A stretch of 64,000 nt of DNA, from assembly GCF_009914755.1 (NCBI RefSeq), contig NC_060937.1. The stretch is one strand, 5' to 3'. Positions 14,367-29,380 of the stretch are shown here, piece by piece. Every line of letters starts with the position of its first letter. Within the stretch, counting starts at the first letter, position 1. Both the position numbers and the translations under genes were made by a program. Under the pieces are notes generated by a model that searched no databases, was not told the origin of the DNA, and saw only the letters and a list, made by a program, of their open reading frames with translations. Origin of the DNA: the human T2T-CHM13v2.0 reference genome, Homo sapiens.

Positions 14367-15088
14367 CCACGATGCATTCTGGGAAAGAAGCAGCACCAAA
14401 TCCAAGATGGCGGCCAGCAGGAGGCTGATGAAGGAGCTTGAAGAAATCCGCAAATGTGGAATGGAAAACTTCCGTAACATCCAGGTTGATGAAGCTAATT
14501 TATTGACTTGGCAAGGGCTTATTGTTCCTGACAACCCTCCGTATAATAAGGGGGCCTTCAGAATCGAAATCAACTTTCCAGCAGAGTACCCATTCAAACC
14601 ACCGAGGATCACATTTAAAACAAAGATCTATCACCCGAACATCGACGAAAAAGGGCAGGTCTGTCTGCCAGTAATTAGTGCTGAAAACTGGAAGCCAGCA
14701 ACCAAAACCGACCAAGTAATCCAGTCCCTCATAGCACTGGTGAATGACCCGCAGCCCGAGCACCCGCTTCGGGCTGACCTAGCTGAAGAATACTCTAACG
14801 ACCGTAAAAAATTCTGTAAGAATGCTGAAGAGTTTACAAAGAAATATGGGGAAAAGCGACCTGTGGACTAAAATGTGCCACGATTGGTTCCAGCAAGTGT
14901 GAGCAGAGACCCCGTGCAGTACATTCAGACACCCCGCAAAGCAGGACTCTGTGGAAATTGATACGTGCCACCGTCTGGCGTTCGCTTGCAGCAGTTACTA
15001 ACTTTCTACAGTTTTCTTAATTAAAAGTGGTCTAGGTAACCTGTAAAGAAAGGATTAAAAATTTAAGATGTTCTTAAAAAAAAAAAAA
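14367..15088 (+). mobile_element. UBE2L5: Processed (L1-mediated) copy of UBE2L3 mRNA: 5'UTR, CDS, short 3'UTR and poly(A)
   Basis: No introns; ATTAAA at 15054-15059; A13 at 15076-15088; TSD AAAAGTGGCC(G/A)TTA at 14353-14366 and 15085-15098; TT/AAAA L1 endonuclease site. Confidence 0.93.
14407..14871 (+). CDS. UBE2L5: Ubiquitin-conjugating enzyme E2 L3-like retrogene, intact 154 aa ORF
   Basis: [18 protein letters not shown]...[13 protein letters not shown]...GEKRPVD matches UBE2L3/UbcH7; HPN motif and catalytic Cys86 intact; strong Kozak context AAGATGG. Translation is not demonstrable from sequence. Confidence 0.88.
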   Translation: MAASRRLMKELEEIRKCGMENFRNIQVDEANLLTWQGLIVPDNPPYNKGAFRIEINFPAEYPFKPPRITFKTKIYHPNIDEKGQVCLPVISAENWKPATKTDQVIQSLIALVNDPQPEHPLRADLAEEYSNDRKKFCKNAEEFTKKYGEKRPVD

Positions 15089-15406
15089 GTGGCCATTAAT
15101 AGACGGAACTATACACTGGACTAGTTGTTGTTTTAAAAACATAAAATCTGGCTACCCTAACGGGATAAGAGTTCAGACATCAGGATGTTGACACAGTGTC
15201 CTACCAGAACCCAGGGTTTACTTAGAGAACATAAAAGAAAAGAGATTGTATGCTCTATTCCTTGCTTTTTTTTTTTTTTTTTTTTGGTGGATGTAGATAG
15301 GAGATGGGATGAGAGTGGCCACAGGAATTCGATGAGTCGTAGGAAATCCATTTTTGTTTTAATTGATGTTTCCCGTTGAACTGACATTTAGATTGAAATA
15401 CCTGCG

Positions 15407-15740
<334 letters not shown>

Positions 15741-18629
15741 TCACACCATAATTGGGGTGTCTTTAGGCTGAAATGGAGACAACAGAAGGTGAGGTGGCTT
15801 GGACTCAGGTGGCATTGGTAAAGGAAATGAAACGCATGCAAATTTCACAGACAAAAGAGTAGCTTTGCCACCTCTCATTTTGGCTGGGCTGCTCTGAGGT
15901 GCTGCATCTTTTATAGTGTCTAGGCTTTCATCCTTAATGACATTTTCATATTCTCCATCCCCCATCCCCCACCGCCTCTCCAGTAAGGACTTTTTGACAA
16001 GCTGCACTTCCCTGCTTTAGTAATTGGTGATAAGATTTGTCCTGTAGAACATATACATAGAGGATTGTTCACTCTCCTCCTTTTATGAAATAATTTTTAG
16101 AAATTGAGCTGTTAAAGGTTGTGTTTGCACATGTTTTTTGGAACAAGAACTTTAATTAAAGGATCAAAAAGCCCAAGCTCTTGCTTTTGAATAACTGAAG
16201 CCAGTGTCTATAATTTCTTGTATCTAAAATCTGTAGAAACTAGTTGTGTGATTTCAGGGGTGCATGGGGCCCCTTGGGTGTCTGAACAGAAGGGGGTGGG
16301 AGGCAGAGCCGCACCTCTGCACTCTTGCTCTGCTGGTGTAGTGGGCAGCTGCCCACCCCCACCCCACCCTGCACTGCAGGCTCTGGAGTCAGCAGATTAA
16401 GCATTTTATAAATTATATTCTAAGTATATATTTTAAACTTGTCAAAAAGATAAATCTAGCTTATTTTACCTTTAACTTGTAAAGAAAGTTTGCCTTCTTG
16501 AGTTCTCTTTGTCATGGGCAGTAGGAGTAGCTCGCGTGAGTATCATCAGTGAAGGGAAACCCACACATCTTGGTGAGCAACGAGAAATCACCATGTTAAG
16601 ATTCCAGGGATTTTCTTCTCTGGTCATTGTTGTAGCCAGTGTCTTCATGGAAGACCTATTTTCATTTCATTACCATATTTGATGCCTAAGCATTTAATAA
16701 TCAGTTTATGACTACTAAACTTTTGAGGATCTTAGAATTTAACTGGCTCTAGAAAGTGGCAGAGAAACCTACACATGATTCCATGTCCTAACCCATAAGA
16801 CGTGAGTGATACATGCTGAGGAGGGAAGGTGAGTCACTCCCCCTGTTAGTCTGAGGGAATGTGTATGAGTCATTTTGTGCTTCTTTTTTTCTTTATTTTA
16901 TTTTTAGCATAATAAAGTACCAAACCAAGAGTTGTCTGGTTTTTGTTTTGGAGAGTGAGGGCTGCTGGTGAGGGTAGATTTCTGAACTACCCCAGAGAAC
17001 GTAGTCAGGAACCTCCCAGCAGGATGAGAGAGGAGCCATCAGCTGGAAGGAGAGGGGAAAGGATCAGGAGAGGTAAGGGAACTAGGATTGCTTAACATGC
17101 AAAGGGTAAAGTAGAACCAAAGAGAATTTTTGTGCCCCAACAGGAGCAGGAAAATCTGAGAGGATGCCCACCAACTTCTAAGATTATTTTATTGATTCAG
17201 AGAAAATGCAAATTTCAACCACAGCTAAACAATAAAAAGGGAAACTTTTCATTTAGAACCAATAGTTATCATGAGTTGATTAAAAACATGAGCTGGCCTA
17301 AAGGTGGTATCCTAAACTTCTGGAGCGTGGAAAGTGATTGTTAAATTGCCTTAATTCTCTACCTAACATTTTTCTACAATGCAAGCATCTAAGAAAAGAC
17401 TGAAAAAGTGGTGACCCAGATATTTGAAAAGTCAGCTTTCACCCAAATATGAGAAAATTTTTAAATGTCAGGTGGGCAATGATGTTGGTCTTGCTCCTCC
17501 AGGGTGTTTGTCTTGCAGGGACACTGTTGGGGTGCAGGTGGTCATGAGGACACCGACCTGCTCTATGAAATCAATTTCCAAAGCTTGAGCTCACTTCCAA
17601 AAACACTTCTCAAGCATGATGATAACCAACTATTGATTTATCCTGAGGGAATAATCTTTCTACAAGCTTTTATGTTCACTGTGTTGGCTTGTGGTAGCTA
17701 GTGAAAACTGGGTGATTTCCTCCCTTAATCTAGAGGTTGACCATTTAGAAACACAACAGAAGAGACTTCCAAAATGAATAAATATCTCCTGCTGTTTGAA
17801 AAGTGAACCTTCTAACAGATGAAGAAACTGCCCAGGCAGGTATTCTGAGTCACTGTGTGATTCTGGACATGCCACTCAACCTTTCTCCAGGCTTAAGTGA
17901 AGTTAATGTTTTTCCTCCCACTGACTCACGATGGTGCCTTGGGGACAGAAGAAATGAATGTTAGAAAGTCCAGTGCAAATTTCTAAAATGCCACAGGAAA
18001 AATCAGGTAAAAAACACTTTTTTGTGAAATGTAGCTGCTGTGTAAAAGACACGTGGCACACAGCCTTCCTGGCTCAGGGACAAAAATATTCATCTTTCTA
18101 TAATTCAAAACCAAAAGTGGAACAACACCATGGAAGGTTTTAAGAAGGGAAGCAGAGTGTCCTTTTTAGACCAATGAGGTGAGTCATGTTCTTTTCTGAT
18201 GTCTCTGGGAAAGATGTGATCAACATAAAGATGTTTTATTGCCAATGCCTAGGTAAAGCAATCTCAGTATTCATGTCTCAGAAACATGTCTTCAGATGCA
18301 GTTTCACCTCTCTGAAAATGAGCTCTCCTATGGGAAGGTTTGGTTACTAGTATAATTACAGGCTTCTGAGGGTGCCCTGGCTGTGTCTTTTGTCCATTCC
18401 CAACTGTTGCTCCTTCTTTAAAATATACATATGTCATGCCTCTGCCTGAACTCTTGACAGTACTGACTAGAATGCCTTTTCCTACTAGTGGACCACATGC
18501 ATAAAATAGTTTCACAACACATGGTTGTTGGAAGGGCCATCTCTGATGCAGCATATATACCAGCACTTAATGTTAGCATCTCTCACCACTTAGTGAACAA
18601 ATTTAGTCATAAGTCAGGCTGGGATTCTA

Positions 18630-18950
18630 ATTTTTTTTATTATTTATTTATTTATTTTACAGGCAGGGTCTCTGTTGCCCAGGCTGGAGTGCAGTGCAGT
18701 GGCATGATCATAGCTCACTGTAACCTTGAGCTCCTGGGTTCAAATGATCCTTCTGCCTCAGCCTCCAGAGTAGCTGGGACTACAGGCATGTGCCACCATG
18801 CTGGCTAATTTCTTTTAAACATTTTTTGTAGAGACAGGGTCTCACTATATTGTCCAGGCTGGTCTCGAACTTCGGCCTCAAGTGATCATCCCGCCTCAGC
18901 CTCCCAAAGCACTAGGATTACAGATGTGAGCCACCGTGCCTACCCCAGGC
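18630..18950 (-). mobile_element. Alu (AluJ-like)
   Basis: Diverged Alu; TSD CAGGCTGGGATT. Confidence 0.88.
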
Positions 18951-19431
18951 TGGGATTTTAAAGACAGGCAGGCAAGGGCCTTTGTTAGAAGGAAATTGTC
19001 CAAAATTTCAGCAAGCAAACGTGTTTTTTCTTGATGAGGACACCATACAACACACATCTCCACTAGTGCAAGACACTTGGAAATGGGCTTTACCAGCGAT
19101 ATGTCCAGAAGAGGTGAGGCGCTAAGACAGCTAGTTTACTGGCCTCAGTATTTCTCTTACTCACTAGCAAGAGAAATAGGTCAACATTTCAGAATCACAT
19201 AGAATTCTGAGGAATCCATGAGGTACAGAGACTCATGCCCACGTCACCCTCTAAAGTTCAAAGGATATGCCTTTACACATGGGAAGATGCTATGCAGTGA
19301 CTATTAGAAAAGGTTAGAAAAATTTAAAAGGGTTTTTTGTTTTCTGTTTTTTTGTTTGGTTGATTTTTCGGACTCACCAAAGTAGCCACTAGACCATCAA
19401 GTTTGAGAGACACAACTTCATAAAACACAAA

Positions 19432-20138
<707 letters not shown>

Positions 20139-20451
20139 TCATTAAGTTGTCCAACAAACTTTATTGAACACGTCCAATGACCAAAAGCTGCACTTGGGTC
20201 TGGAGATACAACTGTAAAGGGGACCTACACCCTGCCTTTGAGGAGCCTCCAATCCTTACCCCATTTTAGGCTGTGCATATGTAGTTTCAGGCTAATTTGC
20301 ACAACTGGACCACCTATTTAGAACATGAGAATCAGAGACAAGTGGTTTCTTGAACTCATCAATAACCAATTATCACTAAAAAGTCTATGTTTAGATATGA
20401 GAAAGTATTCCGTGACCTATTTCATAAACCTCATTTAAAAATATACTTGGT

Positions 20452-20800
20452 GGCCAGGTGCAGTGGCTTACACCTGTAATCCCAGCACTTTGGGAGGCTG
20501 AGGTGGGAGGACCACTTGAGGCCAGGAGTTCAAGACCAGCCTGGACAAGATAGCAAAACCCCATCTCTAAAAAAACTAAAAAAAAAGTTAGTGAGGCATA
20601 GTGGTGCATGCCTATAGTCCCAGCTACTCAGGAGGCTAAGGCAGGAGCATCACTGGAGCCCAGGAATTTGAGGCTGCATTGAACTATGATGGCACCACTG
20701 CACTCCAGCCTAGGCAAAAGAGAAAGACCTTGTCTCTGGAAAAAAACAAAACCAAAAACCACCACCACCACCACCAACACCACCACCACCACCACCACCA
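20452..20800 (+). mobile_element. AluJ-like element with tail expanded into (ACC)n microsatellite (about 20758-20800)
   Basis: Alu dimer followed by ACCACCACC repeats. Confidence 0.88.
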
Positions 20801-21079
20801 ACAAAAAACTCAGAAAACAAAAGTAAAACAATGGACTTTTTAATCCTAAAGTGAGGTAATATACCTGAACACCCATATATTTTTGGATATCCACAACAGC
20901 AAAGCAGAAAAGGTGAGGTGAAGGAGAGATGCTTGTGGGGGCCCCTTCTTTTCCATCATTTTAGAATCAACTTGTTTTCTCTGTATTTGAGAAGTATTTG
21001 AGGCCATCACCCCCAAGAGGCCAATCCAACTGTAATGGAGTCACACAGACTCACATGATCAGATAGACTTGGCTTGGTT

Positions 21080-21413
<334 letters not shown>

Positions 21414-22846
21414 GACTTAGTTTTTATAGAAGGGTAAAAAGCCTTACAGATAATGTGGCTGGCCAGAGCCTGGATATGGAGGCAAAAGTCCAGATTTGGA
21501 ATGACCCATCTGACATGTCCCCTTACTTGTTCGGGCCCCAGGTTACTCACTTGTGAAATGAAGGCATTATGCTGGATGATGTCTGAAGTCCCTTCGCACA
21601 TTCCACTATTACGTGGTAACAGTGGCATTCTTAGCATGTTTTGTGACTTTAATTCATTGATTAGATATTTCATCAATGACCAAAGTTGCTTCAATGCTAA
21701 GATTAGAACAATTTTGGTGAGGCTTCAAAGTTAATAATTAATGCAAATAAATGAGCCATTTCACACCTCTGCTAGTATGCTCTCCTTTCCAACTCTCTGT
21801 ACAGAAGAACAAATAATAGCAAACAGCAATGAATTAATTCACAAGCAAAGATTACTTCTGGCAATTAGGAAAGACAGACTCTTTTCTGTTTATATATACC
21901 TATTCTGTACATAAATATGTGTTCACATTTATAAATATATATATGTACCATTTTTCATTAAATACAAATATTCCCAAATAATATGATGATGCTAACACCT
22001 ATAATATTTGTTGAGCACATACTGTGTGCCAAGCACTGTTGAGGACTTCATAGACATTATCAATGATTTCTTATTTTCATTTATTTCTTCTATTTCCAGT
22101 CTTAATGCCACAAATGATTTCTCAAAATATGGAGATTTGCAAAGTTTATTGTAAACATTTTATCTAGCAGGCACAACTGTTAACAGAGTGTAAGGAAATG
22201 ACAATTCTTAAAAAATACTCTCAATTTATCTGAACTTTTGATCTGAACTCTCAATTTATCTGAACTTTCTGGAAAGGTATTCATTTGAGCATGTTTATCT
22301 GGGGACAGGGATTTTGTCTCCACCAAAGCTTTCCTCTTTTGGACAGAGAGAAAAAATCTTGGAGATTATGGAGGACGGGAGACATTGCCATCCCTAGAGA
22401 GATCAGAAAATTTAAAAAATCTCAGTCTGCCTCAAGGAAAATTTCCTGGCAATGAGGTTTATATTTGATAAGTTGTGATATTTGAACCACATGCTCTGGA
22501 AACAGTTATAAAATAAATTTTCACATAACTGAGACAATTTAGGTGTGGTTCTTTCAATCTGGACCGTATCAGAATTCATACTGGAACTGAAATATCTCAG
22601 AACCACTAATTTCCATCTCCTTTGTTAATGCAGAACTCCCAGAGCAGTGATGAAACACTTAATCGCATAAGGGATGTGTTTCATATTATGATGATTATAA
22701 GGCTACATGTTTTCCCAAAATGTACAAATACAATGTGGCATGTTTTCTTTACTCATATGCCTGCATATGGAAAACAGAAATAAAAATTGTTTACTTTGGT
22801 AACAACAAATGCCATTCTCTTGCTTAGTAGCTTTTGATATCCTTCA

Positions 22847-23365
<519 letters not shown>

Positions 23366-24399
23366 TTATTTATTACTGTCTTCTCCTCTACTGGGTATCA
23401 CTACAATCTTTAATATTAATGTCTTTCTTACAAGTGTAGGGTTGGAAAATTGAAGTCAGTGAGTTTCATTGATAAATTAAGCAGCTATGAAATGTTATCA
23501 GGTGACTAGCTGATCCTGATTTTATCATCAAACTAAAACAGTGCTTTGCTTAATGCATGCATTATCTAAATATTTAATCTAAGTGTGTGTTGATGTATTC
23601 TTAATTGTCATAGCACCTTCTTTAAGTGAATCTCTTTTAGGGTCATAAGCAGTTTGAGCTGGTTCTCATAAGTCAAGTGCAAGCTTACCAATCAACAGTT
23701 CGACAACCAGTGTGGTACGGACAAAACAGACTGAGCCGCGACAGAACAGCAGCCTGAGTGATGATAGCTGTGCTCAGAAGCCAGCCTAGCCAGAGCTGGC
23801 AATTCAGGCAATTCACAGGATAAATCAAAAGCCACAGTCTGGGAGCCTAGAATCAGCAGAGAGGTGTCTGATGTGGATATTGTCGGAAAGCGTGTGCATT
23901 GTACAGCCAGCGTATGTCAGAAGAAACATGGTTCTAGTACGTTGCTTTTCAAACTCTACAGGGTGTAGGCAGAGATCATTAAGCAAACAGATGTCAGAAA
24001 GGACAGAAAGCTCCTTACCTGGTTCAGCTACCACCTCTCTGTAAAGAAGAGTGCATAAAACCCACACAGATAACCCACCTCTACCCACCCATAGAACATC
24101 CTCACTCTAGGAGCATGAAAATACCTAGAGGTTTTCAAGTCTCTCGATGGCCGTGTGAAAATTAGCCTAAAATCACATGTGCACAGGCTAAAGATGCAAA
24201 CCATTTTCTCAAATGAGCACCACATCTTTTCAATTGTTCTGGAATTGGTGACACTACCATCATCCTCTTGATTCCTGTGGAATCTTCTTGGACCCTGACC
24301 TTAATGTCCATTTTGCCTGCCCCATGGTGACCCAGCCCCAGTGAGTGTTTTACCTCCAATGGCCGGGAAACCACAGAACACGCTGCCTAAAGCACCATT

Positions 24400-24697
24400 T
24401 ATTTTTTATTGTTTGAGACAGGGTGTCACTGTGTTGCCCAGGCTGGAGTGCAGTGGCACGATCTCAGTTCACTGCAGCCTTCACCTCAGGCTCAAAGGAT
24501 TCTCCCACCTAAGCCTCCTGAGTAGCTGGGACTATAGGCACACCACCACGCCTGGCTAATGTTTTTTTTTTTTATGTTTTGTAGAGATGAGGTTTTGGCA
24601 TGTTGCTCAGGATGGTCTTGAACTTGTGGGCTCAAGCGATCAATCTGCCTTGGCCTCCCAAAGTTCTGGGACTACAGACATGAGCCACAGCACCTGG

Positions 24698-24733
<36 letters not shown>

Positions 24734-24903
24734 AGACAGGGTCTTGCTCTGTTGCCCAGGCTAGAGTACAGTGGTATGAACTCAGCTCACTACAGCCTTG
24801 AGCTCCTGGTCTCAGGCAATCTTCCCACCTCTGCCTCCCGACTACAGGTGTGAGCCACCACACCTGGCTAACTTATCACAGATATGAGCCACTGCACCTG
24901 GCC
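24400..24903 (-). mobile_element. Two adjacent AluJ-like elements, the second internally deleted
   Basis: Alu matches separated by a long T run; AAGCACCATTT on both outer flanks. Confidence 0.85.
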
Positions 24904-25642
24904 AAGCACCATTTTTGTCACTGTCAGTTTCCTGCTTGAGAAATTACAGTGGCTTCTGCATTACTTTAATAATTGTGTCCTCCTTATGACCCTTTGTAGT
25001 CTCCAAAGGCTGGGCTCCTCTTCTGTTGCTGAGCTAATCTATTTATTCTCCCCGCCTGCGCTTGGCTCATTCCTGGGCCCAAGCCTTACCACTTGCTACT
25101 CTTCCTCTAAATTTGGATTTCTTCCCCTCTCTTGTCCTCAAACCCACTGTCACTTTTGAATTTGAAGACATGTTGCTTTGCACGCCGCTCCTCTTTGGGG
25201 TACATCTGTGAGCACCTGCATGGCTAAGAGGGAGTGCTCAGTGAGAACCCAGTGAATGATGAAGGTGTATGTGAATGACGATTGGATGGGAGAGGCTGCC
25301 CAAGTGGAAAAGCGGTATTTGCTTTTCAGTACAGGAAAATTTCCGTGATATTTTTCTGGCACACAATAAAGAAAATGCTATATTGAAGCAAATTAATATA
25401 TTTTAACTTTGTGTAGATGCAGTGGGAATTACTTTTTAAATGGTGTATGGAAATAAAAGAACTGGTTGAAAAGAACAATTTTTCAAATGAATGTGTCTAA
25501 TGTCTCCCAACAGATAAGGAAGGGAATAGAAATTTGTGAAGAGGATCACACACCATCACTTTTACACACTCACTATGTGATTTCGCAGTAGAATTAGAAA
25601 AGTCAAATTCCATAGTCCAAATGTAGAAAATAGTAGGAATTA

Positions 25643-25957
<315 letters not shown>

Positions 25958-26095
25958 CTAATTGATGAATAGGTTAGTTCAAAAGAGAGCTCCTAACTGC
26001 CCACTGGCCGTACCCCAATTAAAGTAACTTCCAGAAATAATTCTTCTTCAAAAATACATTATCTATGCAAAGGATTCTTTATTAATAACATACAT

Positions 26096-26322
26096 CAGGG
26101 TTTGGCAAACTATCTGTGGGCCAAATCCAGCCCGCCTCCAGTTTGGGTAACTGTAAGTTGCTTAGAGTACAGCCAGGCTCGCTCTTTTTGGATTGCCGAT
26201 GGCTGCTTCCAACTACTATGGTGGAGCTGAGCAGTTGTGATAGAGACCCTACAACTCACAACACTGAAGACCTAAGTTGCAGACTGAAAATGAACCTTAC
26301 AGGAAAGGTTTGCTGACCCTTG
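26096..26322. mobile_element. MER58A-like hAT MITE
   Basis: Terminal inverted repeats CAGGGTTTGGCAAAC / GTTTGCTGACCCTTG; 8-bp TSD ACATACAT/ACCTACAT typical of hAT elements. Confidence 0.8.
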
Positions 26323-26532
26323 ACCTACATGATCTAAGGATATAGTGCGTAATTTGTCTGGAAGTGCCATTAACTTGCTTTCTCCAGTGGGAATGTAGCA
26401 TGGTTGGGTACATTAATCCTGAAATAAGTGAGAGATCCAGACCTCCTGTGTGTCCTTCCCATCAGACACTGACCTAGGGCCTGGAATCTCCCTAGCTTGC
26501 TAAGGAAGCAGTGACCTCTGGTTACCAAGTAG

Positions 26533-26639
26533 AGGGATCAAGTCCTCCTGGCTTTCCAGGACTGTCATGGTTTAAAAACAAAGTCTCACCTTCCGGGAAA
26601 TCCCTCAGTCCTAGGCAAACCAGGATGGTTGGTCACCCT
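26533..26639. mobile_element. MER94-like hAT-Blackjack MITE
   Basis: Ends GGCAAACCAGGATGGTTGGTCACCCT; internal CCAGGACTGTC. Confidence 0.6.
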
Positions 26640-26818
26640 GAGATATAATGGATAGATCACAGGGCCCAGGGCAGACTAACTTGAGCTCAAATCCCACTTT
26701 TGTGACTTCACACCATGCAACCTTGGGCAAATTACTTTACCTCCCTGAACCTCAGTTATCCTGTCTATGAATTGGGACTGAATCTATTTGAGGAGTTGTA
26801 AGGATTAAAGGAGATTAT

Positions 26819-26974
26819 GGGCCAGGCACAGTCGCTCATGTCTCTAATCCCAACACTTTGGGAGGCCAAGGTGGGAGGATCAGATCACTTGAGGCCAGGA
26901 GTTCAAGACCAGCCTGAGCAATATGGCAAGACCTTGTCTCTACAAAGAAAGGAAGAAAGGAAGAAAGAAAGAAA

Positions 26975-27014
<40 letters not shown>

Positions 27015-27052
27015 GAAAGGAAGGAAGGAAGGAAGGAAGGAAGGAAGGAAGA
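26819..27052 (+). mobile_element. Alu left monomer (FLAM) with (GAAA)n(GGAA)n microsatellite tail, next to a MIR (about 26660-26815)
   Basis: Monomer followed by purine tetranucleotide repeats at 26946-27052. Confidence 0.85.
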
Positions 27053-27200
27053 AAATTATGCACTGAAAGAGCTTACTTGCACATAATAGACATTGACTAA
27101 ATACTAGTTCCCTTTCTACCTTTTTTGACCACCATTAGCTAAAGTTTTAAAAAACTCAATCTTTAGCCAAAACTCCTTTTTTCATAAAAGGAGAAAATTA

Positions 27201-27490
27201 GGCCAGGCATGGTGGCTCACGCCTGTAATCCCAGCACTTTGGGAGGCCGAGGTGGGCAAATCACTTGAGGTAAGGAGTTCGAGACCAGCCTAACCAACAT
27301 GGTGAAACCCCATCTCTACTAAAAATACAAAAAAATTAGCCAGGCATGGTGGCGCACACCTGTAGTCCCAGCTGGAGGCTGAGACACAAGGATCTCTTGA
27401 ACTGGGAGGCGGAGCTTGCAGTGAGCCGAGATCACACCACTGCACTGCAGTCTGGATGACAGAGAAAGACTGTCTCAAAAAAAAAAAAAG
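27201..27490 (+). mobile_element. Alu (AluS-like)
   Basis: Alu dimer with poly(A) tail. Confidence 0.9.
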
Positions 27491-28284
27491 AGGAAATTAA
27501 AATAACTTTTGTATGCTCCCCATGTTCTAGTGATGTCATTTTTTTGCCCCTTATAAATACATACCTAATAAACAAATAACTTATTCTGCAGTGGAGAAAA
27601 TAAACCATACACATATAATTGCCCGATTACTGTTTTATATTTTAGAGTCTGGAGACAAGTGGTTGCTTCTGTTTTGTCCAACTATGGATACATCGCAGAA
27701 AGGTTTGCTCTGCTCAACTAGTTAAAGTGGCACCTGATGCCCCAGGTCCATGGCCAGATGCAGAACTCTGGGCAACAAGGGCCAGGGCCTTTTTCTAATC
27801 TAGCATTTCATGCCTCTAACGGAAAATGTTGGCAGGAAGTTGATAGAGCCTGAGAGTGCTACCTCACTTGTGATTCATCTGATGGATCAGTGTGACCTGA
27901 AGCACTAAGTTAACCAACAGGCTCATTAATTTTTAAAAGAGGTGGTTAGTAATAAACCAATAGTGCTGTACAAATCCAATAGCAGCCTACACACCTTCAA
28001 AAGTCCCCAGAATGAGATCAAAGGACAAGGCAGCATCAGTTTCATTCCAACAATAGCATTTTGATTTAACATCCACTTTGTTGGCAAATGTGCAGGAATA
28101 AAATAATGCGTATTCCTATAGTAATTTATATTCTAAATTACACTGAAAAGCCTAGGTGGTCCCCAACAAATTCAATTTCCTTTAGACTGTAGCTATATTA
28201 GTTTGAAGAATCAAGTTTGTACTGGATGAACTGATCAAATAAATCTAAAACTATCAGCATGTTAATGGAATATCCATTACCTAA

Positions 28285-28609
<325 letters not shown>

Positions 28610-28894
28610 TCATAATGGTTCAAAATACCTACAATCATAGCTGGTTCCCAATGAATTTAATTTACTTGAGCTTGTGGCCATATGATTTTAAGGAATCAAA
28701 CTTTTTGCTTAATTTATTAGTCAAATCAGCCAAAACTTATAAATTCAGTGAAAAAAATAGTTGTTTGGCTAATTTGAGTGGTTAATGCAGTAAAGTGAGT
28801 CAAATTATTAGCTCAAAATACATACTGCCTTAATTTGATCTAAACTATAAACATCTGCTTTGCCTTTTTGGTTAGGGTGACACCAAAAAGCATT

Positions 28895-29380
28895 AGTTTC
28901 CAAACTTGGCTGAGCATTAAGAATCCCCAGGAATGCTTTTAAAACTTCCAAAGCCCAAGCCACACCCAGACCAAGTCAATCAGAATCCATTGGGTGAACC
29001 CAGGCATCAATCCCCTGGATGATTCCAATGTTCAGAATTCAAGAAATTCCTTGAGATCAGGAATTCAAGACCAGCCTGGGCAACATGGCGAGATCCCATC
29101 TCAAAAAAAAAAAAAAAAAAAAAAGAAAAAGAAAAGAAAGCAATAGCTAACGATTTATTAAGCTGTCACCAAATGCCAAGCATAATGGCAGGCATTTTCC
29201 ATGGATTATTTTATTAAATTCTCACACATACCAGTGAAACCTTATAAAGTCAGTAGGATTGTTGTGCCCATTTGACAAATGGAGAAATTGAGGCACAGGA
29301 GGCTGGGTACTTGCCCAAGGATACCCATACTAGCAAGTGGTCAAGTGAGAGTCGTCACAAATGCAGTGACTCCAAAGCTT
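28895..29380. mobile_element. MER5-like DNA element (about 28895-29030), Alu monomer fragment with poly(A) (about 29050-29140) and MIR (about 29150-29380)
   Basis: CAAACTTGGCTGAGCATTAAGAATCCCCAGG (MER5-like); CAAGACCAGCCTGGGCAACATGG plus A tail; GAGAAATTGAGGCACAG...ACTTGCCCAAGG (MIR). Confidence 0.65.

Noticed and set aside
14332-14406. 25-aa N-terminal extension of the UBE2L5 ORF in the track
   Set aside because: Starts at a GTG directly after an in-frame TGA and spans flank, TSD and 5'UTR; the parental start ATG is at 14407
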